49,921 nt of DNA from Candidatus Colwellbacteria bacterium (GCA_027448785.1 DAIDMW010000004.1:1-49921), one strand, 5' to 3'. Positions 28,454 through 38,336 are shown, counted from the stretch's first letter. The notes: generated by a model from the letters alone, not told the origin. A program made the numbers and translations.

Positions 28454-29554
28454 ATGGCGCGAACGATTTTAGTCAGACTCAACCTCGATATAAAAGAAAA
28501 GCCGATAGGAGCCGCGCTGCGCTTCAACGCGGCGGTGGACGAACTAAGAAAAATTTCCAAACCGAACAATAAGGTGGTTATATTAAGCCACCGCGGGCGT
28601 CCGCAAGGAGTGGAAAAGAAACTATCATTGCGGCCTTTCGCGCCTCTCCTTTCCAAAGCTTTAAGAAAAAAAGTCGTTTTTTTGGACAACGCCGATTTAA
28701 ACAAGGCTCGGAAAGCGATAGAAGCTGCGCCTAACGGAAGTGTTTTTCTTTTGGAAAACTTGCGCTTCCTGAAAGGGGAAACGGAGAACGATCCGAAGCT
28801 GGGGAGGGCTCTAGCTTCGCTCGGTACCGAATTTATAAGCGATGATTTCGCCACCAGTCATCGCGCCGACTCATCGCTCTCGGCGATTACCGCTTTCCTG
28901 CCTTCGCAGCCGGGAAATCTTTTACGGGAAGAGGTGAAGAATCTTTCTATGGCCATGGGTGATACGAAAAAACCGTTCGTCCTCGTGGTCGGCGGCGCCA
29001 AGGCGAAGGATAAGGTTGGGGTCATTTCGAACCTATTAAAGAAGGCCGACTTGGTTCTGGTGGGGGGAGCGGCGGCCAACACATTCTTGAAGGCCGATGG
29101 TGTTGATGTTAGAGACTCGCTTTATGAGCCGGAGATGGTTGAAACCGCCAAAAAGCTGATGCGCAGCGGAAAGATAGAGACTCCTGAGGATTTCTTATGG
29201 GACGGCAGCAAGATCCTGGACATCGGGCCGAAGACCGCCAAAACCTACGCCGCGTATCTGCGCGGAGCCAGACTGATCGTTTGGAACGGGCCGATGGGGA
29301 TGTTTGAAAGGAAGAAGTTTTCCGCTGGAACTGCCGCGGTCGCGAGGGCTGTGTTGCGAAACGGCCGCGCGAAATCGGTAATCGGTGGTGGAGAAACTGT
29401 GGCGGCGCTCGGATTAAGAAAGCAGGTGCAAAATCCGAAAACCAACATCTTTGTTTCGACCGGGGGAGGAGCGATGCTTGAATTTTTGGCCGGAGAAAGA
29501 ATGGCCGGACTAGAAGCGGTTTTCAAGGATGGGAAAAAGAAAAGAAAAAAATAA
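28454..29554 (+). CDS. pgk: Phosphoglycerate kinase
   Basis: LSHRGRP, LLENLRF, VVGGAKAKDK, ILDIGP, VWNGPMG, STGGGAMLE. Confidence 0.95.
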   Translation: MARTILVRLNLDIKEKPIGAALRFNAAVDELRKISKPNNKVVILSHRGRPQGVEKKLSLRPFAPLLSKALRKKVVFLDNADLNKARKAIEAAPNGSVFLLENLRFLKGETENDPKLGRALASLGTEFISDDFATSHRADSSLSAITAFLPSQPGNLLREEVKNLSMAMGDTKKPFVLVVGGAKAKDKVGVISNLLKKADLVLVGGAAANTFLKADGVDVRDSLYEPEMVETAKKLMRSGKIETPEDFLWDGSKILDIGPKTAKTYAAYLRGARLIVWNGPMGMFERKKFSAGTAAVARAVLRNGRAKSVIGGGETVAALGLRKQVQNPKTNIFVSTGGGAMLEFLAGERMAGLEAVFKDGKKKRKK

Positions 29555-29555
29555 C

Positions 29556-29963
29556 ATGGGGAAACTTATTATTTACACCGACGGCGGTTCACGGGGCAAT
29601 CCCGGGAAAGCGGCGATCGGAGTTGTTATCGGCGAAAAGAAGTACGGAGAAGCGATAGGAACGACCACCAATAACGTGGCCGAATATCAGGCGGTTGTTT
29701 TCGCCCTGAAAAAGGCTAAGCAGCTTCTAGGAAAGGAGAAGGCGAAAGAAGCCGAGCTCGAGGTGAGGATGGACAGCGAACTGGTTTACAGCCAGCTTAC
29801 CGGGAGGTATAAGGTGAAGGAGGAATCCCTTTTTCCGCTCTTCATCGATATCTGGAACCTGAAACAGGAATTCAAGAAAGTTGAATTCGTCCACGTTCTG
29901 CGCGAGAAGAACAAGGAGGCGGACAAGCTCGTTAATCAGGCCCTTGACGGATTACTGTTTTAG
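29556..29963 (+). CDS. rnhA: Ribonuclease HI family protein
   Basis: YTDGGSRGNPG, TNNVAEY, MDSELV, REKNKEADKLVN; start moved to ATG 29556. Confidence 0.9.
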   Translation: MGKLIIYTDGGSRGNPGKAAIGVVIGEKKYGEAIGTTTNNVAEYQAVVFALKKAKQLLGKEKAKEAELEVRMDSELVYSQLTGRYKVKEESLFPLFIDIWNLKQEFKKVEFVHVLREKNKEADKLVNQALDGLLF

Positions 29964-30000
29964 TTGCCAAATACACGAAAATGTGGTATACAATCATGGC

Positions 30001-30390
30001 GCGGTGGGCAAGGCAGCAGCTCCGGCCCGCAAGGGTTTAGGAGAGGAAAGTCGGGACACCATCTCTCCGCTTCGGCGGAGAGGAACATACCAGCTAACAG
30101 CTGGCGTCCGCAAGGATAGAGGTGCGAGCAGTGACGCCGGAGGCCGAAAGACCGACGGCATCCTCGTCCGTCCGCCACCAGGCGGATTAGGGCGGGATGA
30201 ATCTTCGCGGAAACGCGAGGGGTGAAACGGCTAAATCCTTATGAGGTGCAAGGCCGCGTCCCAAGCTTTTATCAGTGAGGGAAGTGCCGCAACATGTCCT
30301 GAGTTTAATCGAAGGACAACAGACTCTGAGAGCGATCGAAGAGCAAGACAGATTGCTGCCCGCGACAGAATCCCGCTTACTGCCCACCGC
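30001..30390 (+). ncRNA. rnpB: RNase P RNA
   Basis: P1 GCGGTGGGCA/TGCCCACCGC, GAGGAAAGTCGGG...ACAGAATCCCGCTTA P4 pseudoknot, GGGTGAAACGG; TACAAT just upstream. Confidence 0.95.
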
Positions 30391-30392
30391 TT

Positions 30393-30463
30393 AAAAAGCA
30401 AAGCGAAAACAATAATTCAGTTCTTTTGCGCTTTGCACTTTTAGTTTTGCGCTTTTTTACGCT
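30393..30463. repeat. 7-bp-periodic imperfect palindrome (family copy 9) right after rnpB
   Basis: AAAAGCAAAGCGAAAA ... TTTTGCGC-TTTGCAC-TTTTAGT-TTTGCGC. Confidence 0.7.
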
Positions 30464-30565
30464 TCCATGTTGCCATTTGTCGGTTTTTAGCGTATTTTAT
30501 CAAGGTCTAATCAGCCGCGCTCCAAACAGGAAGCAAAGCTTTCGGGGCGTTTTTTTATTAAGCCA

Positions 30566-32362
30566 ATGGAGATAAGAAACATAGCTATCATCGCGCACGT
30601 CGATCACGGCAAGACCACTCTGGTCGATGCCTTATTAAAGCAGTCCGCGGATTTTAAGGTGAAGATGGATATGCCGCAGGAGCTTATTATGGATTCCAAT
30701 GAGCTGGAGCGGGAGAGGGGGATAACTATTTTCTCGAAAAACGCCGCTGTCACTTATGGCGGCGTGAAGATCAATATCGTTGACACTCCCGGCCACGCCG
30801 ATTTCGGGGGCGAGGTCGAACGTATTATGCGCATGGTCGACGGTGTTTTGCTCTTGGTCGACGCCAAAGAGGGTCCGATGCCGCAGACTAAGTTCGTTTT
30901 GAAGAAGGCGATTGAGGCTGGCCATCGGATCGTCGTGGTTATCAGTAAGATCGATAAACCGGGCGCCCGCCCCGAGTGGGCTCTCGATGCCACTTACGAC
31001 CTTTTTTTCGACTTGGGAGCCAGCGAGGAGCAGATAGAATTTCCGGTGGTTTACGCCTCGGCCGTTCAAGGCAAAGCCGGTCTGACCAAAGAGCTTTCCG
31101 AGATGAAGGACATCCGGCCTATTTTCGAGGAGATAATCAAGCATATTCCAGCGCCGGCCGTAGACGCCTCCGCGCCTCTGCAGATGCTCACCGTCAACCT
31201 GGCTTACGACAATTACAAAGGCAAGATCGCGGTCGGACGCCTTTACTCCGGAAAATTAAGCAAGGGAATGACAATCGCCCACATCAATCGTGAGGGGGAG
31301 ATTAAAAAGTCGCAGCTGACTTCGATTATGACTTTCAGCGGCTTAAGCCGCGCCGAGACCGACGAGATCGAGGCGGGAGACATCGCCGCCATCGCCGGTA
31401 TTCCGGACATCACGATCGGCGAAACGATTACCGATCCGGAAAATCCCCGAGCCCTTCCGACCATCGCCATCGACGAGCCGACTATCAAGATAACCATCGG
31501 GGTCAACACCTCGCCCTTCCGCGGCAAGGAGGGAAAACTCATCACTTCGCGCAACATCAAGGAGCGTCTGGAAAAGGAGCTGGAGACCGACGTGGCTTTG
31601 TCTGTGGCCACCACCGACCAGAGCGACCGCTGGATGGTGGCCGGCCGCGGCGAGCTGCATCTTTCCATCCTAATCGAGAAGATGCGACGCGAAGGCTTCG
31701 AGCTGGAAGTTTCCAAACCCCAAGTTATTTTTAAGGAAGAGAACGGCAAGAAGATGGAGCCGATGGAACTGGTTTCTATCGAGGTTCCGGAAGAGTTTTC
31801 CGGAGCTGTGATCGAGATGATGGGGAAGCGGCTCGGTTCGATGAAGAATATGACGGTGGAGAACGGAACGGTCTTTATGGATTTCGCCATTCCGACCAGA
31901 GGACTCATCGGGATGCGCAATAAGTTCCTGACCGCCACCAAGGGAACGGGGATAATGAACAGCCTATTTCTGGGATATGAGGAGTACAAAGGCGACCTAC
32001 CGGAGGCGGCGCACGGCTCGATTATCGCTACCGAGGCTGGCGTCACTAACAATTACGGACTCGTTACCGCCCAGGGCCGCGGCAAGCTTTTTCTGGCCGC
32101 CGGCGTGCCGGTCTACGAAGGAATGGTGGTTGGAGAAAACGCTCGTCCAGAAGATATTCGAGTTCACGTCTGCCGCGCTAGAGAGCTAACCAACTTCCGT
32201 GCTAAAAACGAAGGCTTGCAAGACCAGTTGGAAACCCCGATCCGCATGACTTTGGAAGGCGCCTTGGATTACATCGGCGACGACGAGCTGGTGGAGGTTA
32301 CTCCGGAGAGTATCCGAATCCGCAAGCTTTACCTCAACGAAAACGACCGGAAGCGGGTGTAA
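30566..32362 (+). CDS. typA: Translational GTPase TypA/BipA
   Basis: [46 protein letters not shown]. Confidence 0.97.
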   Translation: MEIRNIAIIAHVDHGKTTLVDALLKQSADFKVKMDMPQELIMDSNELERERGITIFSKNAAVTYGGVKINIVDTPGHADFGGEVERIMRMVDGVLLLVDAKEGPMPQTKFVLKKAIEAGHRIVVVISKIDKPGARPEWALDATYDLFFDLGASEEQIEFPVVYASAVQGKAGLTKELSEMKDIRPIFEEIIKHIPAPAVDASAPLQMLTVNLAYDNYKGKIAVGRLYSGKLSKGMTIAHINREGEIKKSQLTSIMTFSGLSRAETDEIEAGDIAAIAGIPDITIGETITDPENPRALPTIAIDEPTIKITIGVNTSPFRGKEGKLITSRNIKERLEKELETDVALSVATTDQSDRWMVAGRGELHLSILIEKMRREGFELEVSKPQVIFKEENGKKMEPMELVSIEVPEEFSGAVIEMMGKRLGSMKNMTVENGTVFMDFAIPTRGLIGMRNKFLTATKGTGIMNSLFLGYEEYKGDLPEAAHGSIIATEAGVTNNYGLVTAQGRGKLFLAAGVPVYEGMVVGENARPEDIRVHVCRARELTNFRAKNEGLQDQLETPIRMTLEGALDYIGDDELVEVTPESIRIRKLYLNENDRKRV

Positions 32363-32498
32363 AAGTAGCGTCCGTTTGCCGACGTTCATCGGGTATTCAT
32401 CTTGAATATTCACGTGAAAAATGCTATTATTCAGGTCTACCAGGCTTGAAAATTAACAGCGGCAATAGTCGATGTCGTTAAAAGGTATGACAATAACA

Positions 32499-32684
32499 AT
32501 GTATAAGTGCCCACAGTGTGGAGCTACCTCTAACGAACCGGGGAACTGCCCGACTTGCAACGTCCCGATGGTTGAGGAAGCCGCGACTACCGAGGTTGCC
32601 GGAGGCACCGAGGAAGCCACCGAGCAGACTCCTAGCGCTGAGCAAGCCGCTCAACCGGACCAACCGGAACAGCCGGCTGCTTAG
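32499..32684 (+). CDS. Small zinc-ribbon protein with acidic tail
   Basis: YKCPQC...PGNCPTCNVPM then an E/A/T/Q/P-rich tail; own promoter (TTGAAT-N17-TATTAT, 32402-32430) and terminator; start uncertain. Confidence 0.7.
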   Translation: MYKCPQCGATSNEPGNCPTCNVPMVEEAATTEVAGGTEEATEQTPSAEQAAQPDQPEQPAA

Positions 32685-32693
32685 GTTAATACG

Positions 32694-32726
32694 AAAAAAC
32701 CCGCTTAGAAAAAGCGGGTTTTTTTT
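32694..32726. terminator. Bidirectional intrinsic terminator
   Basis: AAAAAACCCGCTT-AGAAA-AAGCGGGTTTTTTTT between convergent genes. Confidence 0.9.
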
Positions 32727-32739
32727 ATTGCTTGATATT

Positions 32740-33795
32740 TTATGCCTCCTCTTTAGCAGCTGGTTCAGGCGTCGCCTTATCTTCGCCTTCGAGTATCGAG
32801 AAAAGCTTGCGCTGCAGTATCATCGCCTCGGCGGTGCGCCGCAATGATTCTTCCGTTCGGTCCGGATAGTAGAACTTCAGATGTGATACCTCTTCATTCA
32901 TCTCTTCACTGGAAGCGCGGATTCCCTCTTTCTCGCGAATTTCCTTAAAGATAATGCTAGTCTTCAGTTGATCTTCAACCAGCTTGCGGTCGTTTTTCTC
33001 GACTTCCTCGGCTGTTTTGCCGAGCTGCTTCAAATATTCTTCGTAAGTTATTCCCAGCTTCTGCAACTCGTCTTCTCGGTCGTGGGAGAGATGGTGAACC
33101 TCTTGGTCTACGAGAAGCTCCGGGATCTTCAGTCCCGACTGTTTGATGATTTCGGAGATCATTTCGTCGCGCTTCTCTTCCCTCTGCGAGATTCCTTTTT
33201 CTTCGCTTAGTTGCTTCTTGATCTCGGTCTTAAGCTCGGCGAGCGTCGCAAATGGCCCGACTTTCTTGGCAAACTCATCGTTTATCTCCGGCGCTTTTTC
33301 TTCTTCTTTCGCCTGTCCAGCGTACATCTTCGCCACTTGCTGCAGGGCTTCGTTCACCTCTTTCTCGGTAGCTTCGGCCGGCTTTTCCTTGGCACTTATC
33401 TCGCGTCCGATCTTACGGTAATCAGGGAGGTTAATCTCCGGCACCAGAGCCAGCTTAATTTTAAATTCCACCGGAGCTCCGGGCTCCAGCTTGGTGACGG
33501 TCAGTTCCGGACTGCCCAGGGTCTCAAGCTTCTCATCGGCGACGATTTCTCCGACGGCATCGTATAAAGCGGAATCGGCGGCTGAGTCCAGTAGCCTGAT
33601 CTCGCTGATATTCTGGCGCACGATTTCTTTGGGAACCTTGCCTTTGCGGAATCCGGGCATCTCAAAGTCCTGGGCGGCCTCGGCTAGAGCCTCCTCGCTT
33701 TTTTGGTTTATGACTTCCAAAGGTATTTCGGCCTGGAACTCCACTGTGCCGTTCTTCTCGGAAAGCTTCTTTAGTTTTGCGTATGACTTTTCCAT
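32740..33795 (-). CDS. tig: Trigger factor lacking the FKBP domain
   Basis: PGFRKGKVP ribosome-binding motif, PEINDEFAK, C-terminal chaperone domain; 351 aa. Confidence 0.9.
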   Translation of the reverse strand: MEKSYAKLKKLSEKNGTVEFQAEIPLEVINQKSEEALAEAAQDFEMPGFRKGKVPKEIVRQNISEIRLLDSAADSALYDAVGEIVADEKLETLGSPELTVTKLEPGAPVEFKIKLALVPEINLPDYRKIGREISAKEKPAEATEKEVNEALQQVAKMYAGQAKEEEKAPEINDEFAKKVGPFATLAELKTEIKKQLSEEKGISQREEKRDEMISEIIKQSGLKIPELLVDQEVHHLSHDREDELQKLGITYEEYLKQLGKTAEEVEKNDRKLVEDQLKTSIIFKEIREKEGIRASSEEMNEEVSHLKFYYPDRTEESLRRTAEAMILQRKLFSILEGEDKATPEPAAKEEA

Positions 33796-33891
33796 ATTTT
33801 TATTATTAACCAGTTGATATTACCGAAAAAACCGGCTTATGACAACATAAAGCTGGTGTTTTTTACATATAAGTGTTACAATGGCAGCGTA

Positions 33892-35187
33892 ATGAACAAC
33901 AGCGACAAGGGGTTTCACGGCCTCGGGATAGCGCCGGGAATCCTTAACGTCCTGGCTAAGCATAAGTTTAGCGCGCCCACTCCAATCCAGGAGCAGGCGA
34001 TACCTCCGGCCATAGAAGGCAAGGATATTATCGGCATAGCTCAGACCGGAACAGGCAAGACTCTCGCTTTTGGCGTCCCGCTGATCCAGCGGGTTCTGCA
34101 AAGCGATATTCAAAGTTTGATCATCGTTCCTACCAGGGAACTGGCGGTCCAGGTAGACGAATCCCTGTATAAAATCGGGGCTCCTTTAGGGATAAAAACG
34201 GCGGCCTTGGTCGGCGGAGAGCAGATCTTCCGCCAGATCAGCCGCCTCTCGCGCCATCCGCAGATCATTATCGGCACGCCGGGGAGGATTATTGACCATA
34301 TGGAACGCAAGACGATCGACCTGAAGCAAATCGGCGTTTTGGTATTGGACGAGGCCGACCGTATGCTCGATATGGGATTTGCTCCGCAGCTAAACAAGAT
34401 CCTGGCCGCTTTACCTAGGGAAAGGCAGACGATGTTGTTTTCGGCGACCATGCCGGAACAGATTGTCTCCATCGCCAAGAACCACCTGAAGCTTCCGACG
34501 AGAATCGAAATTGCGCGCTCAGGCAGCACCGCCCAAAACGTCACTCAGGAACTTTTCTTCGTTCCGCAGGAGGATAAGATCAGGTTGTTGGAAAAGATCC
34601 TCCAGGATTACCGCGGCTCCGTTTTAGTTTTCTCCCGCACCAAGTTCGGAGCCAAGAAAATTTCATCGGCCATCCGCGCTTTGGGGCACACTTCGGTGGA
34701 TATCCACTCGAATAAGACTCTTAGCCAGAGGCGCGACGCTTTGAACGGCTTTAAAACCGGCCGTTTTCGCGTCCTGGTCGCCACCGACATCGCCGCTAGG
34801 GGAATAGACGTCAGCAATATCGAACTGGTCGTTAATTACGATCTCCCTGACAATGCCGAAGACTACGTGCACCGCATCGGACGCACCGGACGAGCCGGAG
34901 GAATCGGCCACGCCATCTCTTTCGCCAGGCCGAACCAGCGCCGAGATGTTTTTACCATCGAGCACTTGATTAAAGCGACCCTGCCGATCTCTAAATTGCC
35001 GGAACTTCCGCCGCGCGCCGCACTGCCGAAGTTTCGCGTTGAAGAAGAAAGAAAGGAGTTTAGGCCGCCCAGGCACCCCAGGTCCGCAGAGGGCCGGCCG
35101 TTCGGCAAGAAAAAAGGAGAGTTCCGGCGTTCTCCGCGTCGTCCGCGATACGACTCAGGCAGGCCTCCGCGCAAATTCAGCCACTAG
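33892..35187 (+). CDS. DEAD-box RNA helicase (RhlE-like)
   Basis: Q motif, AQTGTGKT, PTRELA, TPGR, DEAD, SAT, HRIGRTGR; basic tail; start moved to ATG 33892. Confidence 0.95.
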   Translation: MNNSDKGFHGLGIAPGILNVLAKHKFSAPTPIQEQAIPPAIEGKDIIGIAQTGTGKTLAFGVPLIQRVLQSDIQSLIIVPTRELAVQVDESLYKIGAPLGIKTAALVGGEQIFRQISRLSRHPQIIIGTPGRIIDHMERKTIDLKQIGVLVLDEADRMLDMGFAPQLNKILAALPRERQTMLFSATMPEQIVSIAKNHLKLPTRIEIARSGSTAQNVTQELFFVPQEDKIRLLEKILQDYRGSVLVFSRTKFGAKKISSAIRALGHTSVDIHSNKTLSQRRDALNGFKTGRFRVLVATDIAARGIDVSNIELVVNYDLPDNAEDYVHRIGRTGRAGGIGHAISFARPNQRRDVFTIEHLIKATLPISKLPELPPRAALPKFRVEEERKEFRPPRHPRSAEGRPFGKKKGEFRRSPRRPRYDSGRPPRKFSH

Positions 35188-36176
35188 CTTTCAGCTTTTG
35201 CCTTTGCGGCCGATTTTCGTTCGGCCTTTATCGCGTTTAAAATGCGCTCGACTTTTTTAAGGCTGTCAAAATCGTAGATGGAAATGGCGGTGGCGTCGGG
35301 ATTTAGACGCTTAAGGATCGTCAGTTTTTCCTTCAGCTCTTTTTCGGAAACCAGATCGCTCTTGGTCAAGAAAAGGTATTCGGGTTTTTCAAGAAGTTCC
35401 TTGTTGTAATTTCCCAGCTCCCGACGGATACGGCGGTAATCCTCGTCCGGGGCGGGGGAGTCGGCCGCAATGAGGTGAAAAATAGTGCGAGTCCGCTCGA
35501 TGTGGCGCAGGAACCTAAATCCCAAGCCTTTGCCGGCCGATGATCCTTCGATCAGTCCCGGAATGTCGGCCAGAATCAGCTCATAATAAGCTCCTAGGTT
35601 CGGCTCAAGAGTGGTGAACGGGTAGTTCGCCACTTTGCTTTTGGCGCTGGTCAGCTCGTTTAGGAGGCTTGATTTGCCGGCGTTCGGAAAACCAACCAGG
35701 CCGATGTCGGCGATAAGCTTAAGTTCCAACCGCAAGGCGAAGCTTTCTCCAAGAAGGCCGGGCTGGAATTGCTGGGGCGAGGTGTTGCGCGGCGAACGGA
35801 ATAGATAATTTCCCTTTCCGCCGTGTCCGCCTTTGGCCAAAAGAACCCGCTCGCCGACTTTCTCGACGGAAACATCTTCGCCGGTGTCTAGGTTGTGAAT
35901 AACGGTGCCGACAGGGACTTTCAAAAGCAGATCCTCCCCGTTGTGCCCGTCCCGGAACTGGTTTCTTCCGACCTGGCCGTTTTCGGCGTTAAACTCTTTT
36001 TTAAAGCGGAATTGGTTTAAGACGCTTAAATTGGACACCCCTTCGGCGTAAACGCTTCCGCCGTTGCCTCCGGATCCGCCCGCGGGTCCGAGACTCATCA
36101 TATTATTGTTGAAAGCCACCGCACCGCTGCCGCCGTTTCCGGCCTTTATTTTTATTTTTACGTCGTCGATGAGCAT
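35184..36176 (-). CDS. obgE: GTPase ObgE/CgtA
   Basis: Gly-rich Obg fold, GFPNAGKSS, YPFTTLEPNLG, DIPGLIEG, TKSD. Confidence 0.96.
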   Translation of the reverse strand: MLIDDVKIKIKAGNGGSGAVAFNNNMMSLGPAGGSGGNGGSVYAEGVSNLSVLNQFRFKKEFNAENGQVGRNQFRDGHNGEDLLLKVPVGTVIHNLDTGEDVSVEKVGERVLLAKGGHGGKGNYLFRSPRNTSPQQFQPGLLGESFALRLELKLIADIGLVGFPNAGKSSLLNELTSAKSKVANYPFTTLEPNLGAYYELILADIPGLIEGSSAGKGLGFRFLRHIERTRTIFHLIAADSPAPDEDYRRIRRELGNYNKELLEKPEYLFLTKSDLVSEKELKEKLTILKRLNPDATAISIYDFDSLKKVERILNAIKAERKSAAKAKAES

Positions 36177-36211
36177 TTATCGAATGATACAGTAAATCGC
36201 CGGAAAAGCGA

Positions 36212-37497
36212 TTATTCAGGCGTCTGGACGGAGTGCGCGCCGCGTATCAGCCGAGCGATCCAGGAAAATAGGGAGTTTGGATCGCTGACGGCCATGTCCG
36301 CGGCTCGCCAGTCGAATGCGCCGCGCAATGCCTTGCGGTAGTCCTTTTCTCCTTTTGTAAGCTCGATGTTTCGCATCCCGATCTCTGCGCCGTAATAAAT
36401 GATCGGCGCGCCAGGGGTTTCGAAGAGCATCTTAAAAGCGTTTCTTATCTTTTCTTCGTCTCCGCGCAATAAATTATTTAGCCTCATCGCCAATCCGTTA
36501 TTGAATACGAATTTCCTCTCCGGATCGAAGTGCTCCAGCAGCTCGGCATCGCGGAGGGGCAGTTCATCGTGGTGTCCCAGGAAGATCGCCCATTGGCAGC
36601 TCTCCGGTATGCGGGAAACGGATTCCATAAACTCTTCGTTTATTTTAAAACTCCCGTCGGCAATCGCCCGGAAGAAATATTTTACCAAGGGAAAGTTGTA
36701 GCTTAGGTGCGCCTCGTCTCCGTTTCCGAAATATTCTTTTATTATTTCCGGCAGCCCGTCCGCCTCGGTCAGCAGTATCACATCTTTGTTATTCTTTTCG
36801 ATGTGAGCCCGGATTTTCTTGATTATCGCGTGCGTTTCCGGCAGGTGTTTACAGTCCGATCCCTCTCGCTTGATTAAGTGGGAAGCGGCGTCTAAACGAA
36901 AGCCGTCAACTCCGAGCCCCAGCCAGAAGTCGACGACATCCATCATTTTTTCAAACACCTCGGGGTTATCCCAATTCAAATCCGCTTGTTGCGGATAAAA
37001 CGTTGAAAAATAGTAATCATTGGTCCGGGGATTTTTAATCCAGTTACTCGGTTTTAATTCGTAAAATGGATTAGCCGCTCCTTTATACTCTTATACTCTT
37101 CTCCGGTTTCGCTCCAGAGGAAGAAGCTCTTTTTCGGATTATCTTTAGAGCTGCTGGCCTCGAGGAACCAGGGGTGATCAGTCGAGACGTGGTTCAAGAC
37201 AAAGTCGATAAGAACGCGGATGCCTCGGTGGTGGGCTTCGGAAGCGAAGCGTCGGAAGTCTTCGATGGTTCCCAATTCCTTTCGCACCGCCATATAGTCG
37301 GAGACGTCGTATCCGTCGTCGATCATCGGCGAGGGATAATGCGGGAGGATGTGCAGACAGCCGACGCCGAGCTTCTTTAAGTAATCCAAGCGGCTGATCA
37401 ACCCTGGAAAATCGCCGGCAAACTTGTCGACGTATAATTCGTAGAATACCGCGTCCTTCCACCAATACCGCCTTTCTCCCTCTTCGGATGATTCCAT
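36212..37497 (-). pseudogene. GH13 alpha-amylase-family (TreS/alpha-glucosidase-like) gene frameshifted by an 8-bp tandem duplication
   Basis: ORFs 37054-37497 (WWKDAVFYE, DDGYDVSDY, VLNHVS) and 36212-36979 (GFRLDA, EAD, HHDE) join into one 425-aa frame if one TTATACTC copy (37083-37098) is removed. Confidence 0.85.
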
Positions 37498-37578
37498 ATT
37501 TCAAAATATTATAAACTTTATGCCTTTGACTTGAAACAAGTATTCCTCGCTACTTGGATTAAGAGTAAAATCATTCGA

Positions 37579-38289
37579 ATGGAGATAAAAAATAAGGTGA
37601 TAATAGTCACGGGCGCCTCGATGGGCATCGGCTTGGCCACCGCCAGGCTGTTGTCGGAGAAGGGGGCAAAGGTGGCGCTCGTTGCCAGATCAAAAGAAAT
37701 CCTTGAGAAACTCGCCGAAGAATTGCCGGAGTCGTTTTCGGTAGCCGCCGATTTAAGCGACGCGAAGGAGGTGGAAAGAATGATCGACGAGGTTAATAAG
37801 CACTATGGGCGCATCGACGCTCTCGTTAACAACGCTGGGCGAGGAATATACGGCGCCATAGAAAACGTAGACATCGATTCCTATCGCAAGGTCTTTGATC
37901 TAAACGTCGTGGGGCCTTTGATGGCGATGAAGTGTGTAATACCTATAATGCGCGCACAGGGAGGGGGAGCGATAGTCAATGTCAGCTCGATGGTCTCCAA
38001 GGCCTACATTCCTTATCTCGGGGCTTATGCCTCGACCAAATACGCTTTAAACGCCATTTCTTTAACCGCTAGGGCCGAATTGGATAAGGACGGAATAGTG
38101 GTTGGTGTCGTTCATCCGGGAATGACAGCTACCGAGTTCGGCAAGAACGCCGTTAAGTCGGATGCCGTTGCTGAAAGGATGGAGTCGCGACACCGCGAAC
38201 ACCTGCCCGAGCCGGATACGGCCGAATATGTCGCCGGCCGCATTCTTTTGGCTCTGCAAAGCGGGGAGGCCGAAATTTTCGCGCATTAG
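37579..38289 (+). CDS. SDR family oxidoreductase
   Basis: TGASMGIG, NNAG, NVSS, YASTK; start moved to ATG 37579. Confidence 0.93.
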   Translation: MEIKNKVIIVTGASMGIGLATARLLSEKGAKVALVARSKEILEKLAEELPESFSVAADLSDAKEVERMIDEVNKHYGRIDALVNNAGRGIYGAIENVDIDSYRKVFDLNVVGPLMAMKCVIPIMRAQGGGAIVNVSSMVSKAYIPYLGAYASTKYALNAISLTARAELDKDGIVVGVVHPGMTATEFGKNAVKSDAVAERMESRHREHLPEPDTAEYVAGRILLALQSGEAEIFAH

Positions 38290-38336
38290 ACACGGAGAGT
38301 CTTGCCTCAATGGCCCGCAGGAATTATTCTTAACCT

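Noticed and set aside
37021-37100. Programmed ribosomal frameshift or alternative genetic code in the GH13 gene
   Set aside because: The exact 8-bp duplication explains the shift; TGA serves as a normal stop elsewhere (frr, murA, mreC), consistent with code 11.
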